Origin: Ectothiorhodospiraceae bacterium
Lineage (GTDB): Bacteria > Pseudomonadota > Gammaproteobacteria > SZUA-152
Assembly (NCBI GenBank): GCA_002401775.2
Contig: NVUB02000039.1
Coordinates: 4,322 to 36,321 of the forward strand
Length of the DNA: 32,000 nt
Direction of reading: 5' to 3'
The translations under genes were made by a program, and so were the position numbers. Of the stretch, positions 15,620-25,119 are shown one piece after another; within the stretch, counting starts at the first letter, position 1, and every line of letters starts with the position of its first letter. The notes under the pieces were generated by a model. The model was given only the letters and a program-made list of their open reading frames with translations, searched no databases and was not told where the DNA came from.

Positions 15620-16145
15620 CCATGTTAATAGGGCACCCTGGACACCCAGCTAATACTTCTTAACGAGACACCCATTACTTCTTAACGAGACACCCATCAT
15701 TAGATTCAGCACCGTGTTAAGGCCCTGTTAAGAGTAGTGTTAATGGGGCGCCCAGTGTTGTTAATAGGACACCCAGCTTAGAAAGTTACATTACTTAACG
15801 AGACTGCTTAACGAGATAGCCATCATTAGATTCGCCTCTAATGGCACGAAGATAAGCCGAATACTGCCGTCTTCCCGGCGAAGGCCGGGATCCAGAGCCC
15901 ACCATTATCGGCATTCCTCTGGATTCCGGCCTTCGCCGGAATGACGGATAGAGAGTTAATAGCAGGAGTTAATAGGGAGTTAATAGGACTCCCAGAAGTT
16001 AATTAAGTTAATAGAATAGAAGTTAATAGCAGTTAATAGGACACCCAGCTTAGAAAATTACATAAATTATAAGTTAATCAAATGCTTGGAATCTAACTTG
16101 TTGGATTTGTTTTTATTACTTGGTTTGGGTGTCTGGATTAGAGCC
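15620..16145. repeat. Nested array of interspersed repeats upstream of mnmG
   Basis: GTTAAT occurs at least 10 times (15624, 15739, 15759, 15955, 15968, 15979, 15998, 16007, 16022, 16032, 16073). cttaacgaga-type units occur 4 times (15658, 15681, 15795, 15807). A truncated GACACCCA-core copy lies at 15759-15795 and a full copy at 16032-16145. A REP-like hairpin is embedded in the array. Confidence 0.85.
15867..15947. repeat. REP-like long imperfect inverted repeat of the 'cgtcattccggcgaaggccggaatcc' type
   Basis: The arms are ccgtcttcccggcgaaggccgggatccagag (15867-15896) and ctctggattccggccttcgccggaatgacgg (15918-15947). About 27 of 31 positions are complementary. Each arm is itself palindromic (ccggcgaaggccgg). 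The element is related to the core of the MITE at 1073-1223. Confidence 0.8.
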
Positions 16146-16368
16146 CCCATTTTAGCGATGAGTATTGCCTTATCTCGCTTTACCAAACTTTCTAGGCGGC
16201 CTCGCTGGCTGTGCGTTCATCTTGTTCTTCAACAGCACCCAGATTAGGAGCGGGAGCTGCCGTCGTTATTTATGATCTCAATCAAAGGGTTAGCCCTATC
16301 ACCTTACATTGAATTCTGGGTTCAAAAACTTTTAAGGCTAATTGACCCGGGATGACCGTCGAAACTCA

Positions 16369-16397
16369 TTGGATACTTTTTCGTCACACCGTATAAT
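16369..16397 (+). promoter_or_regulatory. Candidate sigma70 promoter for mnmG
   Basis: TTGGAT (16369-16374), a 17-nt spacer, then TATAAT (16392-16397). It lies about 40 nt upstream of the mnmG ATG. Confidence 0.45.
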
Positions 16398-16436
16398 GCA
16401 CGGTTCTTTTCTGTGACCGGTTATTTGTGATTGCCT

Positions 16437-18323
16437 ATGTTCTTCCAAGATTCTTTTGATGTGATTGTTGTCGGTGGTGGCCATGCGGGCACCGAGGCGG
16501 CGCTGGCGGCGGCGCGTTCTGGTGCGCGCACGGTATTGCTGACTCACAATCTCGATACTTTGGGACAAATGTCCTGCAATCCGGCCATCGGTGGTATCGG
16601 TAAGGGCCATCTGGTGAAAGAAGTGGATGCGCTGGGTGGCTTGATGGCCAAAGCTGCCGACAAAGCCGGTATTCAGTTTCGCCGTCTTAATGCCCGCAAA
16701 GGCCCTGCGGTTCGGGCGACTCGGGCACAGGCAGATCGGGTGTTGTATCGGCAGGCAGTGCGGGGTGTGCTGGAAAATCAGCCGAATTTAACGTTGTTTC
16801 AACAGGCTGTGGACGATCTGTTGGTAGAAGGTGGGCGTGTCACGGGTGTGCTGACGCAAATGGGCCTCAAATTTCAGGCGACCACCGTAGTGTTGACCGT
16901 GGGCACCTTTCTGGGGGGGCGCATTCATATCGGATTAGAGAGCCATCAGGGCGGGCGCGCGGGTGATCCACCCGCCAATGCGTTGTCTGAGCGTCTGCGC
17001 GAACTACCCTTTCGGGTTGCTCGGCTGAAAACGGGCACGCCGCCACGTATTGACGGCAACACTATCGATTATTCCCAGCTCGAAGCACAGCCGGGCGACG
17101 ACCCTAGGCCGGTGTTTTCTTTCATGGGGTCGGTTGCTGACCATCCGCGCCAGTTGTCTTGCCATATCACCCACACTAATGCGCAGACCCACGATATTAT
17201 TCGTGCAGGGCTAGATCGCTCGCCCATGTACAGCGGCGAGATTGAGGGCGTTGGGCCGCGATACTGCCCATCCATTGAAGACAAAATTGTGCGTTTTGCC
17301 GACAAGGACTCCCATCAGATCTTTGTCGAGCCGGAAGGGCTGACGACCAATGAGGTTTATCCCAACGGTATTTCCACCAGTTTGTCCTTTGATGTGCAAT
17401 ATGAACTGGTGCGTTCCATGAAAGGATTTGAAAACGCCCATATTACGAGAGCGGGTTACGCCATTGAATATGACTTTTTTGATCCCCGCGATCTGAAGCC
17501 TTCCCTGGAAACCAAGCATATGCCGGGCTTATTTTTTGCCGGGCAAATTAACGGTACTACAGGTTACGAAGAAGCGGCGGCGCAGGGCTTGCTGGCCGGC
17601 ATTAATGCGGCGCGGCAATCACGTGAAGAAGAAAGCTGGTGTCCTCGACGTGATCAGGCCTATCTCGGCGTATTGGTGGACGACCTTATTACCAGTGGCA
17701 CCCAAGAGCCTTATCGGATGTTCACTTCCCGCGCGGAATATCGCTTGATGCTGCGGGAAGATAATGCGGATTTGCGGCTCACTACAGTGGGACGTGAAAT
17801 GGGCCTGGTGGATGATGAACGATGGGCAGCATTCGAAGAAAAGCGGGAAGCCGTTGAACGTGAAAGCCAGCGTCTGAAAGAGACGTTGTTAAGGCCAAGT
17901 AATATAGAGGCTGCCGACGCCGAGCGAGTGCTGGGGCAACCGCTCACCAAAGAGGCGCATTTGGATGAGCTGCTGCGCCGCCCGGATGCAACCTACGCCG
18001 GGCTTATGACACTGCCGGGCGCCGGCCAGCCGGTCTCTGACCCCATTGTCGCGGAGCAAGTAGAAATACAGATCAAGTATTCCGGATATATTGTCCGCCA
18101 AAAAGAAGAAATTGCTCGACAACAACGTCAAGAAGGGATGCCCTTGCCGGATGATCTGGATTATAGTCGGGTGGGTGGTCTGTCCAATGAAGTGAGTCAG
18201 AAATTAACGTTGCAACGTCCCACAACCTTGGGGCAGGCATCGCGTATATCGGGAGTAACGCCCGCCGCAGTGTCTTTATTAATGGTGCATTTGAAAAAGC
18301 GGGATATGGCCAGGCGAGCGTAA
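16437..18323 (+). CDS. mnmG: tRNA uridine-5-carboxymethylaminomethyl modification enzyme MnmG (GidA)
   Basis: [27 protein letters not shown] parallels E. coli [22 protein letters not shown]. The protein is collinear over its full length. ATG 16437 is preferred over the track's TTG at 16431. Confidence 0.97.
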   Translation: MFFQDSFDVIVVGGGHAGTEAALAAARSGARTVLLTHNLDTLGQMSCNPAIGGIGKGHLVKEVDALGGLMAKAADKAGIQFRRLNARKGPAVRATRAQADRVLYRQAVRGVLENQPNLTLFQQAVDDLLVEGGRVTGVLTQMGLKFQATTVVLTVGTFLGGRIHIGLESHQGGRAGDPPANALSERLRELPFRVARLKTGTPPRIDGNTIDYSQLEAQPGDDPRPVFSFMGSVADHPRQLSCHITHTNAQTHDIIRAGLDRSPMYSGEIEGVGPRYCPSIEDKIVRFADKDSHQIFVEPEGLTTNEVYPNGISTSLSFDVQYELVRSMKGFENAHITRAGYAIEYDFFDPRDLKPSLETKHMPGLFFAGQINGTTGYEEAAAQGLLAGINAARQSREEESWCPRRDQAYLGVLVDDLITSGTQEPYRMFTSRAEYRLMLREDNADLRLTTVGREMGLVDDERWAAFEEKREAVERESQRLKETLLRPSNIEAADAERVLGQPLTKEAHLDELLRRPDATYAGLMTLPGAGQPVSDPIVAEQVEIQIKYSGYIVRQKEEIARQQRQEGMPLPDDLDYSRVGGLSNEVSQKLTLQRPTTLGQASRISGVTPAAVSLLMVHLKKRDMARRA

Positions 18324-18480
18324 TTCCTATGCGGCGTTGTTGTGGTTGTTAATGTTGGTCATAGTGTTGTGGGCACTGTTGTTGGCACTACTGTTGTCGG
18401 TACTTAAAGAGAACGCTGCAAAAGCAATCCGTAACAAAAATATAATTCTGAAATGTGTTTAGCACATTCGCCGGGGGGGT

Positions 18481-18987
18481 ATGAAAAAAATCATAGCAGG
18501 AGTTGCCATTATTAGCGTTGCATTATTTGGCGCAAGTCAGGTGCAGGCTGGGTCTGACCATCATTCCCATAAGAGTGAATCGCCTGTATATCCTAACCAC
18601 GGTATGGCCACCCTAAAAAGCCCTCATAGCGTGACAAAAACGCTGGATCGTTTGGAAGTTGTATTAAAAAAGAAGGGCATTACCATTTTTGCGCGCGTGA
18701 ATCACAGCGCGGGTGCTGAAAATGTGGGCATTCCCTTACGTCCGACCGAGCTTCTGATTTTTGGTAACCCAAAGCTGGCTTCTCCCTTGATGGTCAGCAA
18801 TCAAACAATTGGTTTGGATTTGCCCTTGAAGGCGCTGGCCTGGAAAGACGAAAAAGGCCAAGTGTGGTTAACGTATAATGCGCCAGGCCATGTCGCCCGT
18901 CGGCATAAAGTGAAAGACCAGAAAAACATTGTCGAAAAGATGGCCACAGCATTGGATAAGCTCACAAAGGCGGCGACTAAGCCCTAG
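18481..18987 (+). CDS. Exported DUF302 domain protein
   Basis: The signal peptide is MKKIIAGVAIISVALFGASQVQA. FARVNHSAGAENVGIPLRPTELLIFGNPKLASPLM...LDLPLKALAWKDEKGQVWLTYNAP matches the DUF302 pattern. Confidence 0.8.
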   Translation: MKKIIAGVAIISVALFGASQVQAGSDHHSHKSESPVYPNHGMATLKSPHSVTKTLDRLEVVLKKKGITIFARVNHSAGAENVGIPLRPTELLIFGNPKLASPLMVSNQTIGLDLPLKALAWKDEKGQVWLTYNAPGHVARRHKVKDQKNIVEKMATALDKLTKAATKP

Positions 18988-19013
18988 GTTTGTTGGATTA
19001 GGTTGTTGGATTA
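18987..19013. repeat. Tandem duplication GGTT(T)GTTGGATTA, two copies
   Basis: ggtttgttggatta (18987-19000) is followed directly by ggttgttggatta (19001-19013), immediately after the DUF302 stop codon. Confidence 0.6.
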
Positions 19014-19067
19014 GGCTGTCAGAATAGTGTGTTGGGTTACTGTAATCGGTTTATTGGACGTTTTTGA

Positions 19068-19769
19068 GTGAAAGAATCTTCGTTGCAAGCAGTGTTGTCG
19101 TCTGGAATAAAGGCGCTTGATCTCGATTGTTCGCTTGATGTTCAGGCCCGCCTTTTGGAATATGTGCGGCTCCTTAATAAGTGGAATCGCGTCTACAACC
19201 TAACGGCGGTACGCGAACCGTTACAAATGGTGACGCGTCACTTGCTGGACAGTTTGACGGTGATGCCTTTTCTGGATGTGGTTGGTAAAGCCAGTGCAGA
19301 ACAAATACTGGATGTAGGCACGGGGGCAGGCTTGCCGGGTATTCCGTTGGCGATATTAAGTGCTAAAACGCACCCATTACGCCGTTTTGTGTTACTGGAT
19401 AGCAACAGTAAAAAAACCCGGTTTATGACACAGGCCATTGCGGAACTGGGGCTGGATAATGTGCAAGTAGTACAAGCGCGTACAGAAACTTTTGAGCCTG
19501 ACGATGGGTTTGAAAAAGCGCTTGAAGACGGATTTGAAAAAGGCTTTGATGTTGTTTTATCGCGGGCTTTTGCGTCAGTGGATGATATGCTCACCGGTGC
19601 AGGACAGCACTGCGCGTCAACGGGCGTCATTCTTGCCATGAAGGGTGCGGACCCTAAGGCTGAGCTGGCGGACTTGAACAAAAATTTTGCAGTAGAACAG
19701 GTTCATCGTCTGGCAGTGCCAGGGCTGGACGAAGATAGACATTTGGTGAGTTTACGGCGGGTGAAATAA
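19068..19769 (+). CDS. rsmG: 16S rRNA (guanine527-N7)-methyltransferase RsmG (GidB)
   Basis: LLNKWNRVYNLTAVREPLQMVTRHLLDSL parallels E. coli [28 protein letters not shown]. The SAM motif is LDVGTGAGLPGIPLAI. The start is GTG. Confidence 0.93.
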   Translation: MKESSLQAVLSSGIKALDLDCSLDVQARLLEYVRLLNKWNRVYNLTAVREPLQMVTRHLLDSLTVMPFLDVVGKASAEQILDVGTGAGLPGIPLAILSAKTHPLRRFVLLDSNSKKTRFMTQAIAELGLDNVQVVQARTETFEPDDGFEKALEDGFEKGFDVVLSRAFASVDDMLTGAGQHCASTGVILAMKGADPKAELADLNKNFAVEQVHRLAVPGLDEDRHLVSLRRVK

Positions 19770-19772
19770 AGT

Positions 19773-20582
19773 ATGGGCAAAATAATAGCGGTAACCAATC
19801 AGAAAGGTGGTGTGGGTAAAACCACGACCAGTGTTAATTTGGCGGCGTCACTGGTGGCGACGCAACGCAAAGTGTTGCTGGTGGATCTCGATCCTCAGGG
19901 TAATGCCACCATGGGTAGCGGCATCGATAAACACGCCGTTGAACTATCCAGCTACCACGTGCTGATGAAAAAGGCGACGGTCGCCGAGGCAGTGGTCGCC
20001 ACTCCGGAAGCCGGTTACGATTTGCTGCCGTCCAATGCCGACCTTACCGCAGCCGAAGTGGAGTTGCTTCAGGAAACGCAGCGCGAGCGCCGGCTGCGTG
20101 ATGCGCTGATAGACGTCATAGGGGATTATGATTACATCCTGATTGATTGTCCGCCATCGTTGAACATGTTGACGCTGAATGCGCTGGTCGCATCGCAATC
20201 GGTGATGATACCCATGCAATGTGAGTATTACGCCCTGGAGGGTCTGACGGCCCTGGTGAATACCATTGAGGAAGTGAAAGGCTCATTGAATCCGTTTTTG
20301 CAAATCGACGGATTGTTACGCACCATGTATGACCCGCGCAATCGTTTGTCGGGCGATGTGACCGAGCAGCTCAATAAACATTTTGGCGACAAGCTTTTCC
20401 GCACCGTCATTCCCCGCAATATTCGTTTGGCTGAAGCACCAAGCCATGGGTTGCCAGCGCTGATGTACGACAAAAGTTCTCGTGGTGCTCAAGCTTATCT
20501 TGCATTGGCCGGAGAAATGCTGCGTCGTGACAAAGCGATAAGTAGTGCCGCGAGCAGTCCAGCTGCTGTGTCGGAGGTTTAA
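19773..20582 (+). CDS. parA: Chromosome partitioning ATPase ParA (Soj)
   Basis: Carries the deviant Walker A motif MGKIIAVTNQKGGVGKTTTSVNLA, plus DLDPQGNAT and ILIDCPPSL. Confidence 0.96.
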   Translation: MGKIIAVTNQKGGVGKTTTSVNLAASLVATQRKVLLVDLDPQGNATMGSGIDKHAVELSSYHVLMKKATVAEAVVATPEAGYDLLPSNADLTAAEVELLQETQRERRLRDALIDVIGDYDYILIDCPPSLNMLTLNALVASQSVMIPMQCEYYALEGLTALVNTIEEVKGSLNPFLQIDGLLRTMYDPRNRLSGDVTEQLNKHFGDKLFRTVIPRNIRLAEAPSHGLPALMYDKSSRGAQAYLALAGEMLRRDKAISSAASSPAAVSEV

Positions 20583-20593
20583 ACAAGTTACCC

Positions 20594-20688
20594 GTACTGT
20601 TAAAGCGGTACGTTTAAAGCAGTAACTTAACGCAGTAACTTAAAAACAGTACTTTTAAAATCGTAATTTAAAATCGTAATTTAAAATA
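20594..20688. repeat. Seven contiguous degenerate 13-14-bp direct repeats, GTA(A/C)nTTTAAAnnn, in the parA-parB spacer
   Basis: gtactgttaaagcg / gtacgtttaaagca / gtaacttaacgca / gtaacttaaaaaca / gtacttttaaaatc / gtaatttaaaatc / gtaatttaaaata, arranged head to tail. Confidence 0.85.
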
Positions 20689-20714
20689 AATAGAATTTTT
20701 TGGGATAGTTGAGA

Positions 20715-21578
20715 ATGGCAGTGAAAAAGCGAGGGTTGGGGCGTGGTTTAGATGCGCTGTTGGGTGGCTCGATGGCGAAGATTGTTGACGACCCCAAGAG
20801 CACAAATTTTCGGGAAGTGCCGGTTGATTTGCTACAACCGGGCAAGTATCAACCGCGCACCGATATGCACCCTGAAAGCCTTGAAGAGTTGGCAAACTCC
20901 ATCAAAGCCCAGGGCGTGGTGCAGCCCATCGTCATTCGCCCCATTGGTGGCGAACGCTATGAAATTATTGCCGGTGAGCGCCGCTGGCGCGCGGCACAAA
21001 TTGCCGGCCTGCATGAAATACCGGCCGTGGTGCGCGATGTGCCCGATGAAGCCGCCATTGCCATGGCGCTCATTGAGAACATACAGCGTGAAGACCTCAA
21101 TCCCATCGAAGAGGCCATAGCTTTGCAGCGTTTGATTGATGAGTTTGAAATGACGCATCAGCAAGCCGCAGGTGCCGTAGGCCGATCCCGCGCGGCAGTT
21201 AGCAATTTGCTACGTCTGCTAACGCTTAACGACGACGTGCGAAGAATGCTCGAGCACGGTGATCTTGAAATGGGCCATGCCCGCGCGCTGTTGGCGCTGC
21301 AAGGTCAAGTGCAAAGCGAAACAGCACGTAATGTAGCCGCAAAAGGCTATTCCGTGCGTGAAACCGAGCAATTGGTGCGACGCTTAAACGCCGAGCCCAA
21401 AGCATCCAACAAACCGAGCAAATCACTGGACCCTGACATTAAACGTTTGCAGGAAGAACTCACGCAAAAGTTATCGGCCAAGGTATTGTTTCAACATGCC
21501 GCCAAGGGCAATGGCAAGCTGGTTATTCATTACAACAGCCTGGACGAACTGGAAGGTATTCTGGAGCGTATTCAGTAA
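20715..21578 (+). CDS. parB: Chromosome partitioning protein ParB (Spo0J)
   Basis: Carries MAVKKRGLGRGLDALL, QPRTDMHPESLEELANSIKAQGVVQPIVIRP, IIAGERRWRAAQIAGL and an HTH region. Confidence 0.96.
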   Translation: MAVKKRGLGRGLDALLGGSMAKIVDDPKSTNFREVPVDLLQPGKYQPRTDMHPESLEELANSIKAQGVVQPIVIRPIGGERYEIIAGERRWRAAQIAGLHEIPAVVRDVPDEAAIAMALIENIQREDLNPIEEAIALQRLIDEFEMTHQQAAGAVGRSRAAVSNLLRLLTLNDDVRRMLEHGDLEMGHARALLALQGQVQSETARNVAAKGYSVRETEQLVRRLNAEPKASNKPSKSLDPDIKRLQEELTQKLSAKVLFQHAAKGNGKLVIHYNSLDELEGILERIQ

Positions 21579-21914
21579 GCTTGTCATAAGGTTGTCCTGG
21601 CAAAGCGTCTGTAGACGTCCGTCAGAGGTCTGCATCCCCACCTCGAATGAATAAATGCATAGCCTGATGATTCAGGCCGATCAAATGTGGGCGGCTTTTG
21701 TATCTGACGAAAAAAGTGCCTGCCGAGAAAAAACACCTAAACCCCTTTTCATGATGTCTTGGCATTTTCCTCAATAGGTTTCATTGGGCAAATATCACCC
21801 TATTGAAATTGTGCCTAAAGCAGAATGCGGAGAAGTTTTTCGGAAACATGATAGGCCTCAGTACAAATACTTAATGAGAACTCCCTAAACTTCTAAATAT
21901 CTCATCATAGTAGC

Positions 21915-21943
21915 TTGCCGAAGGCCGGGAGGCTGGTTATACT
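21915..21943 (+). promoter_or_regulatory. Candidate sigma70 promoter for the atp operon
   Basis: TTGCCG, a 17-nt spacer, then TATACT. It lies about 60 nt upstream of the first atp-associated ORF. This is a sequence-pattern match only. Confidence 0.3.
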
Positions 21944-22003
21944 TCGGGCCCAAAATTAGGGTGCTCCAACACGGAGAGGCTCCATTAGTTTTTGGTGCTG
22001 AGC

Positions 22004-22228
22004 ATGAATAAACCCAAGTCCAGAACAGAACGGAAAGGGCCAGGACTGTTGCTGATTAGCGTCGGCACAATGCTGAGTTCTACAGTAGTGGCTGGGTTTT
22101 TATTAGGCTACTGGGTAGATGGCTGGCTGGAAACACCGCCAATTTTTATGATTTTGTTTGGTGGCATGGGTCTGGTAGGCGGGTTTTTGAAAGTGTACAA
22201 ATTAATGACCGACCCGAAGTTGCAGTGA
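22004..22228 (+). CDS. AtpZ/ATPase_gene1-like small membrane protein
   Basis: It has two TM helices. VAGFLLGYWVDGWLETPPIFMILFGGMGLVGGFLKVYKL fits the AtpZ (PF09527-type) pattern. It is the first gene of the atp cluster. The start is ATG 22004 or TTG 21992. Confidence 0.7.
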   Translation: MNKPKSRTERKGPGLLLISVGTMLSSTVVAGFLLGYWVDGWLETPPIFMILFGGMGLVGGFLKVYKLMTDPKLQ

Positions 22229-22647
22229 GAGCCCTTGATATGACCGCAATAGATAAGGATCTCGCAGGAAAGTCACGCCGGGTTTTGATCGCTCAGTTGC
22301 TGATGTCTTTGGTGGTCGCCGCGGCATTCTTCGCCTTAAGTGCTGAAGAAAATGAGTGGAAAGCATTGTCGGCCTTCTATGGCGGCTTGGTTAGTGTAAC
22401 GCTCGCCCTGGTATCAATTGGGGGCTTTAAGCGCGCGAATGCCATCGCGCTGAGCGATCCTAAACAAAGCATGATAATTTTATATATCGGTGCCGTGGTG
22501 AGATTTGCGGCAGTGATAGTGTTGCTAGGAATAGGGCTGGGTTTCTTGAGGCTCGATGCGATGGCCGTGTTTACTGGCTTCGCCCTGGCACAAGCCAGTT
22601 ACTTGATGAGTGTGCGTGACCGGACTGCGGCGCGTAGCTCAGATTAA
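22225..22647 (+). CDS. atpI: ATP synthase protein I
   Basis: The GTG start overlaps the upstream stop. The product is a four-helix hydrophobic protein in the canonical position before atpB. Confidence 0.75.
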   Translation: MRALDMTAIDKDLAGKSRRVLIAQLLMSLVVAAAFFALSAEENEWKALSAFYGGLVSVTLALVSIGGFKRANAIALSDPKQSMIILYIGAVVRFAAVIVLLGIGLGFLRLDAMAVFTGFALAQASYLMSVRDRTAARSSD

Positions 22648-22656
22648 ACGTTATAA

Positions 22657-23490
<834 letters not shown>

Positions 23491-23638
23491 CGCTAATCAC
23501 TACTAAGTACTGCGTAGATGTTTAGCCACAAGTTTTTACGAGGCGCTTTACCGTAAGCGTCTCGAAAAAAGAGTTATTAGTTTTAGTAAAATGTTTTTTT
23601 AATCGTTTTTTAAATTTTGTTTTTAAACTTTAAGTTGA

Positions 23639-23938
<300 letters not shown>

Positions 23939-24050
23939 TCCATTCTTGCGCTCTTTTTGTAAAGAGAAAGAACGGAATATAAAGGCCACTAACTTGGTGA
24001 TGAGCTGAAGGCGTTTTCGCTAACAGTTAGAAACCGGGAGGAATGAAACA

Positions 24051-24521
24051 GTGAATATTACAGTAACCCTATTTGCGCAAATGATCGCGTTCGGTTTGTT
24101 GATTTGGTTTGTCAACAAAGTGATGTGGGGACCTCTGTCCGGGATCATGGAGGCACGCCAAAAGCGTATCGCCGACGGTCTTGCTGCCGCAGAGAAAGGC
24201 AAGCACGAAGAAGTGCTTGCTAAAAAGAAAGCGGTAGAGGTTCTTAAAGAAGCGAAAGATCAAGCGGCAGAAGTTGTCGCACAAGGCCAGAAGCGTGCTT
24301 CTGAAATTGTGGAAGAAGCTAAAGAAGCAGCGCGCACCGAAGGTGAACGTATTGTTACCGCAGCAAACGCCGAGATCGAGCGTGAGATCAACCAGGCAAA
24401 AGAAGTGTTGCGCGCCCAAGTGGCCAGCATTGCCATTGCCGGTGCCACAAAAGTGCTTAAGCGTGAAATTGATGCCAAATCTCACGATGCTTTGTTGAAC
24501 GAACTGGCAGCAGAGATCTAA
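24051..24521 (+). CDS. atpF: F0F1 ATP synthase subunit b
   Basis: GTG start after a GGGAGG ribosome-binding site. An N-terminal TM helix is followed by a long charged helix rich in A, E and K. Confidence 0.93.
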   Translation: MNITVTLFAQMIAFGLLIWFVNKVMWGPLSGIMEARQKRIADGLAAAEKGKHEEVLAKKKAVEVLKEAKDQAAEVVAQGQKRASEIVEEAKEAARTEGERIVTAANAEIEREINQAKEVLRAQVASIAIAGATKVLKREIDAKSHDALLNELAAEI

Positions 24522-24525
24522 GGCC

Positions 24526-25062
24526 ATGGCAGAGAAATCCACCGTCGCCCGACCTTATGCCGTAGCGGTTTTTCAAATGGCAAACGCCAGCAAGCAGTTA
24601 AAAGAATGGTCTGCAGTCTTGCAGACCGTTGCATTGATTGCTGAAGATGCCGATATTCAGACCATTATCAGTAACACCAGTGTTAAAAAAGAGCAGTTAG
24701 CTCAAGTTTTCATTGATGTTGCTGGCGAAGTAATGACTGAGCAAGGCAGTAACTTGATTAAGTTGCTTGCTGAAAATCGTCGTTTGAATGTTATCGCTGA
24801 GATCGCAGAGCAATTTGAAACACTGAAAGCTGAGGCGGAAAAAACCGTCGAAGCAGAAATAATTTCTGCGCAGGAAGTCAGTGCTGCTCAACAATCAATG
24901 ATTACCGAAAAACTCAAAGCGCGTTTGGGATGTGAAGTCTCTCTCAAATGCAGCGTTGATGAATCCCTCATGGGGGGTGCCATCATTAAAGCGGGTGACA
25001 TGGTGATTGATGGTTCTGTGATCGGTCAATTAAACAAGCTTTCCGTAGAGCTGGCAGGCTAA
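24526..25062 (+). CDS. atpH: F0F1 ATP synthase subunit delta
   Basis: ARPYAVAVF N-terminus and a C-terminal GGAIIKAGDMVIDGSV motif. Confidence 0.93.
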   Translation: MAEKSTVARPYAVAVFQMANASKQLKEWSAVLQTVALIAEDADIQTIISNTSVKKEQLAQVFIDVAGEVMTEQGSNLIKLLAENRRLNVIAEIAEQFETLKAEAEKTVEAEIISAQEVSAAQQSMITEKLKARLGCEVSLKCSVDESLMGGAIIKAGDMVIDGSVIGQLNKLSVELAG

Positions 25063-25119
25063 AGCGGACTGTTCTTAACAAAGAGAACGGTCGCAAGCCG
25101 CCAAAAGAGGAAATAGAAA

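Noticed and set aside
12358-16145. The repeated gttaataggacaccc units as a CRISPR array
   Set aside because: The repeat units are degenerate, irregularly spaced (9-120 bp) and partly overlapping. The 'spacers' are themselves repeated, and no cas genes are present.
15593-16436. A possible chromosomal origin (oriC) upstream of mnmG/gidA, as in E. coli
   Set aside because: I found no TTATCCACA-type DnaA boxes on either strand, only one or two GATC sites, and no AT-rich 13-mer cluster. The region is explained by interspersed repeats plus a promoter-like element. A formal DnaA-box and GC-skew scan of the genome would settle it.
17617-17632. A parS-like sequence, aatcacgtgaagaag
   Set aside because: Only the central CACGTGAA matches the parS consensus TGTTNCACGTGAAACA. 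The flanks are not palindromic and the site lies inside the mnmG coding sequence.
24069-24542. Long antisense ORFs opposite atpF (also 19238-19681 opposite rsmG, 23630-23989 opposite atpE, 11538-11981 opposite the immunity gene, 14236-14508 opposite mltF, and 16338-16610)
   Set aside because: These are shadow ORFs on the strand opposite confidently identified genes. Their composition is low-complexity and they have no start-site signals.
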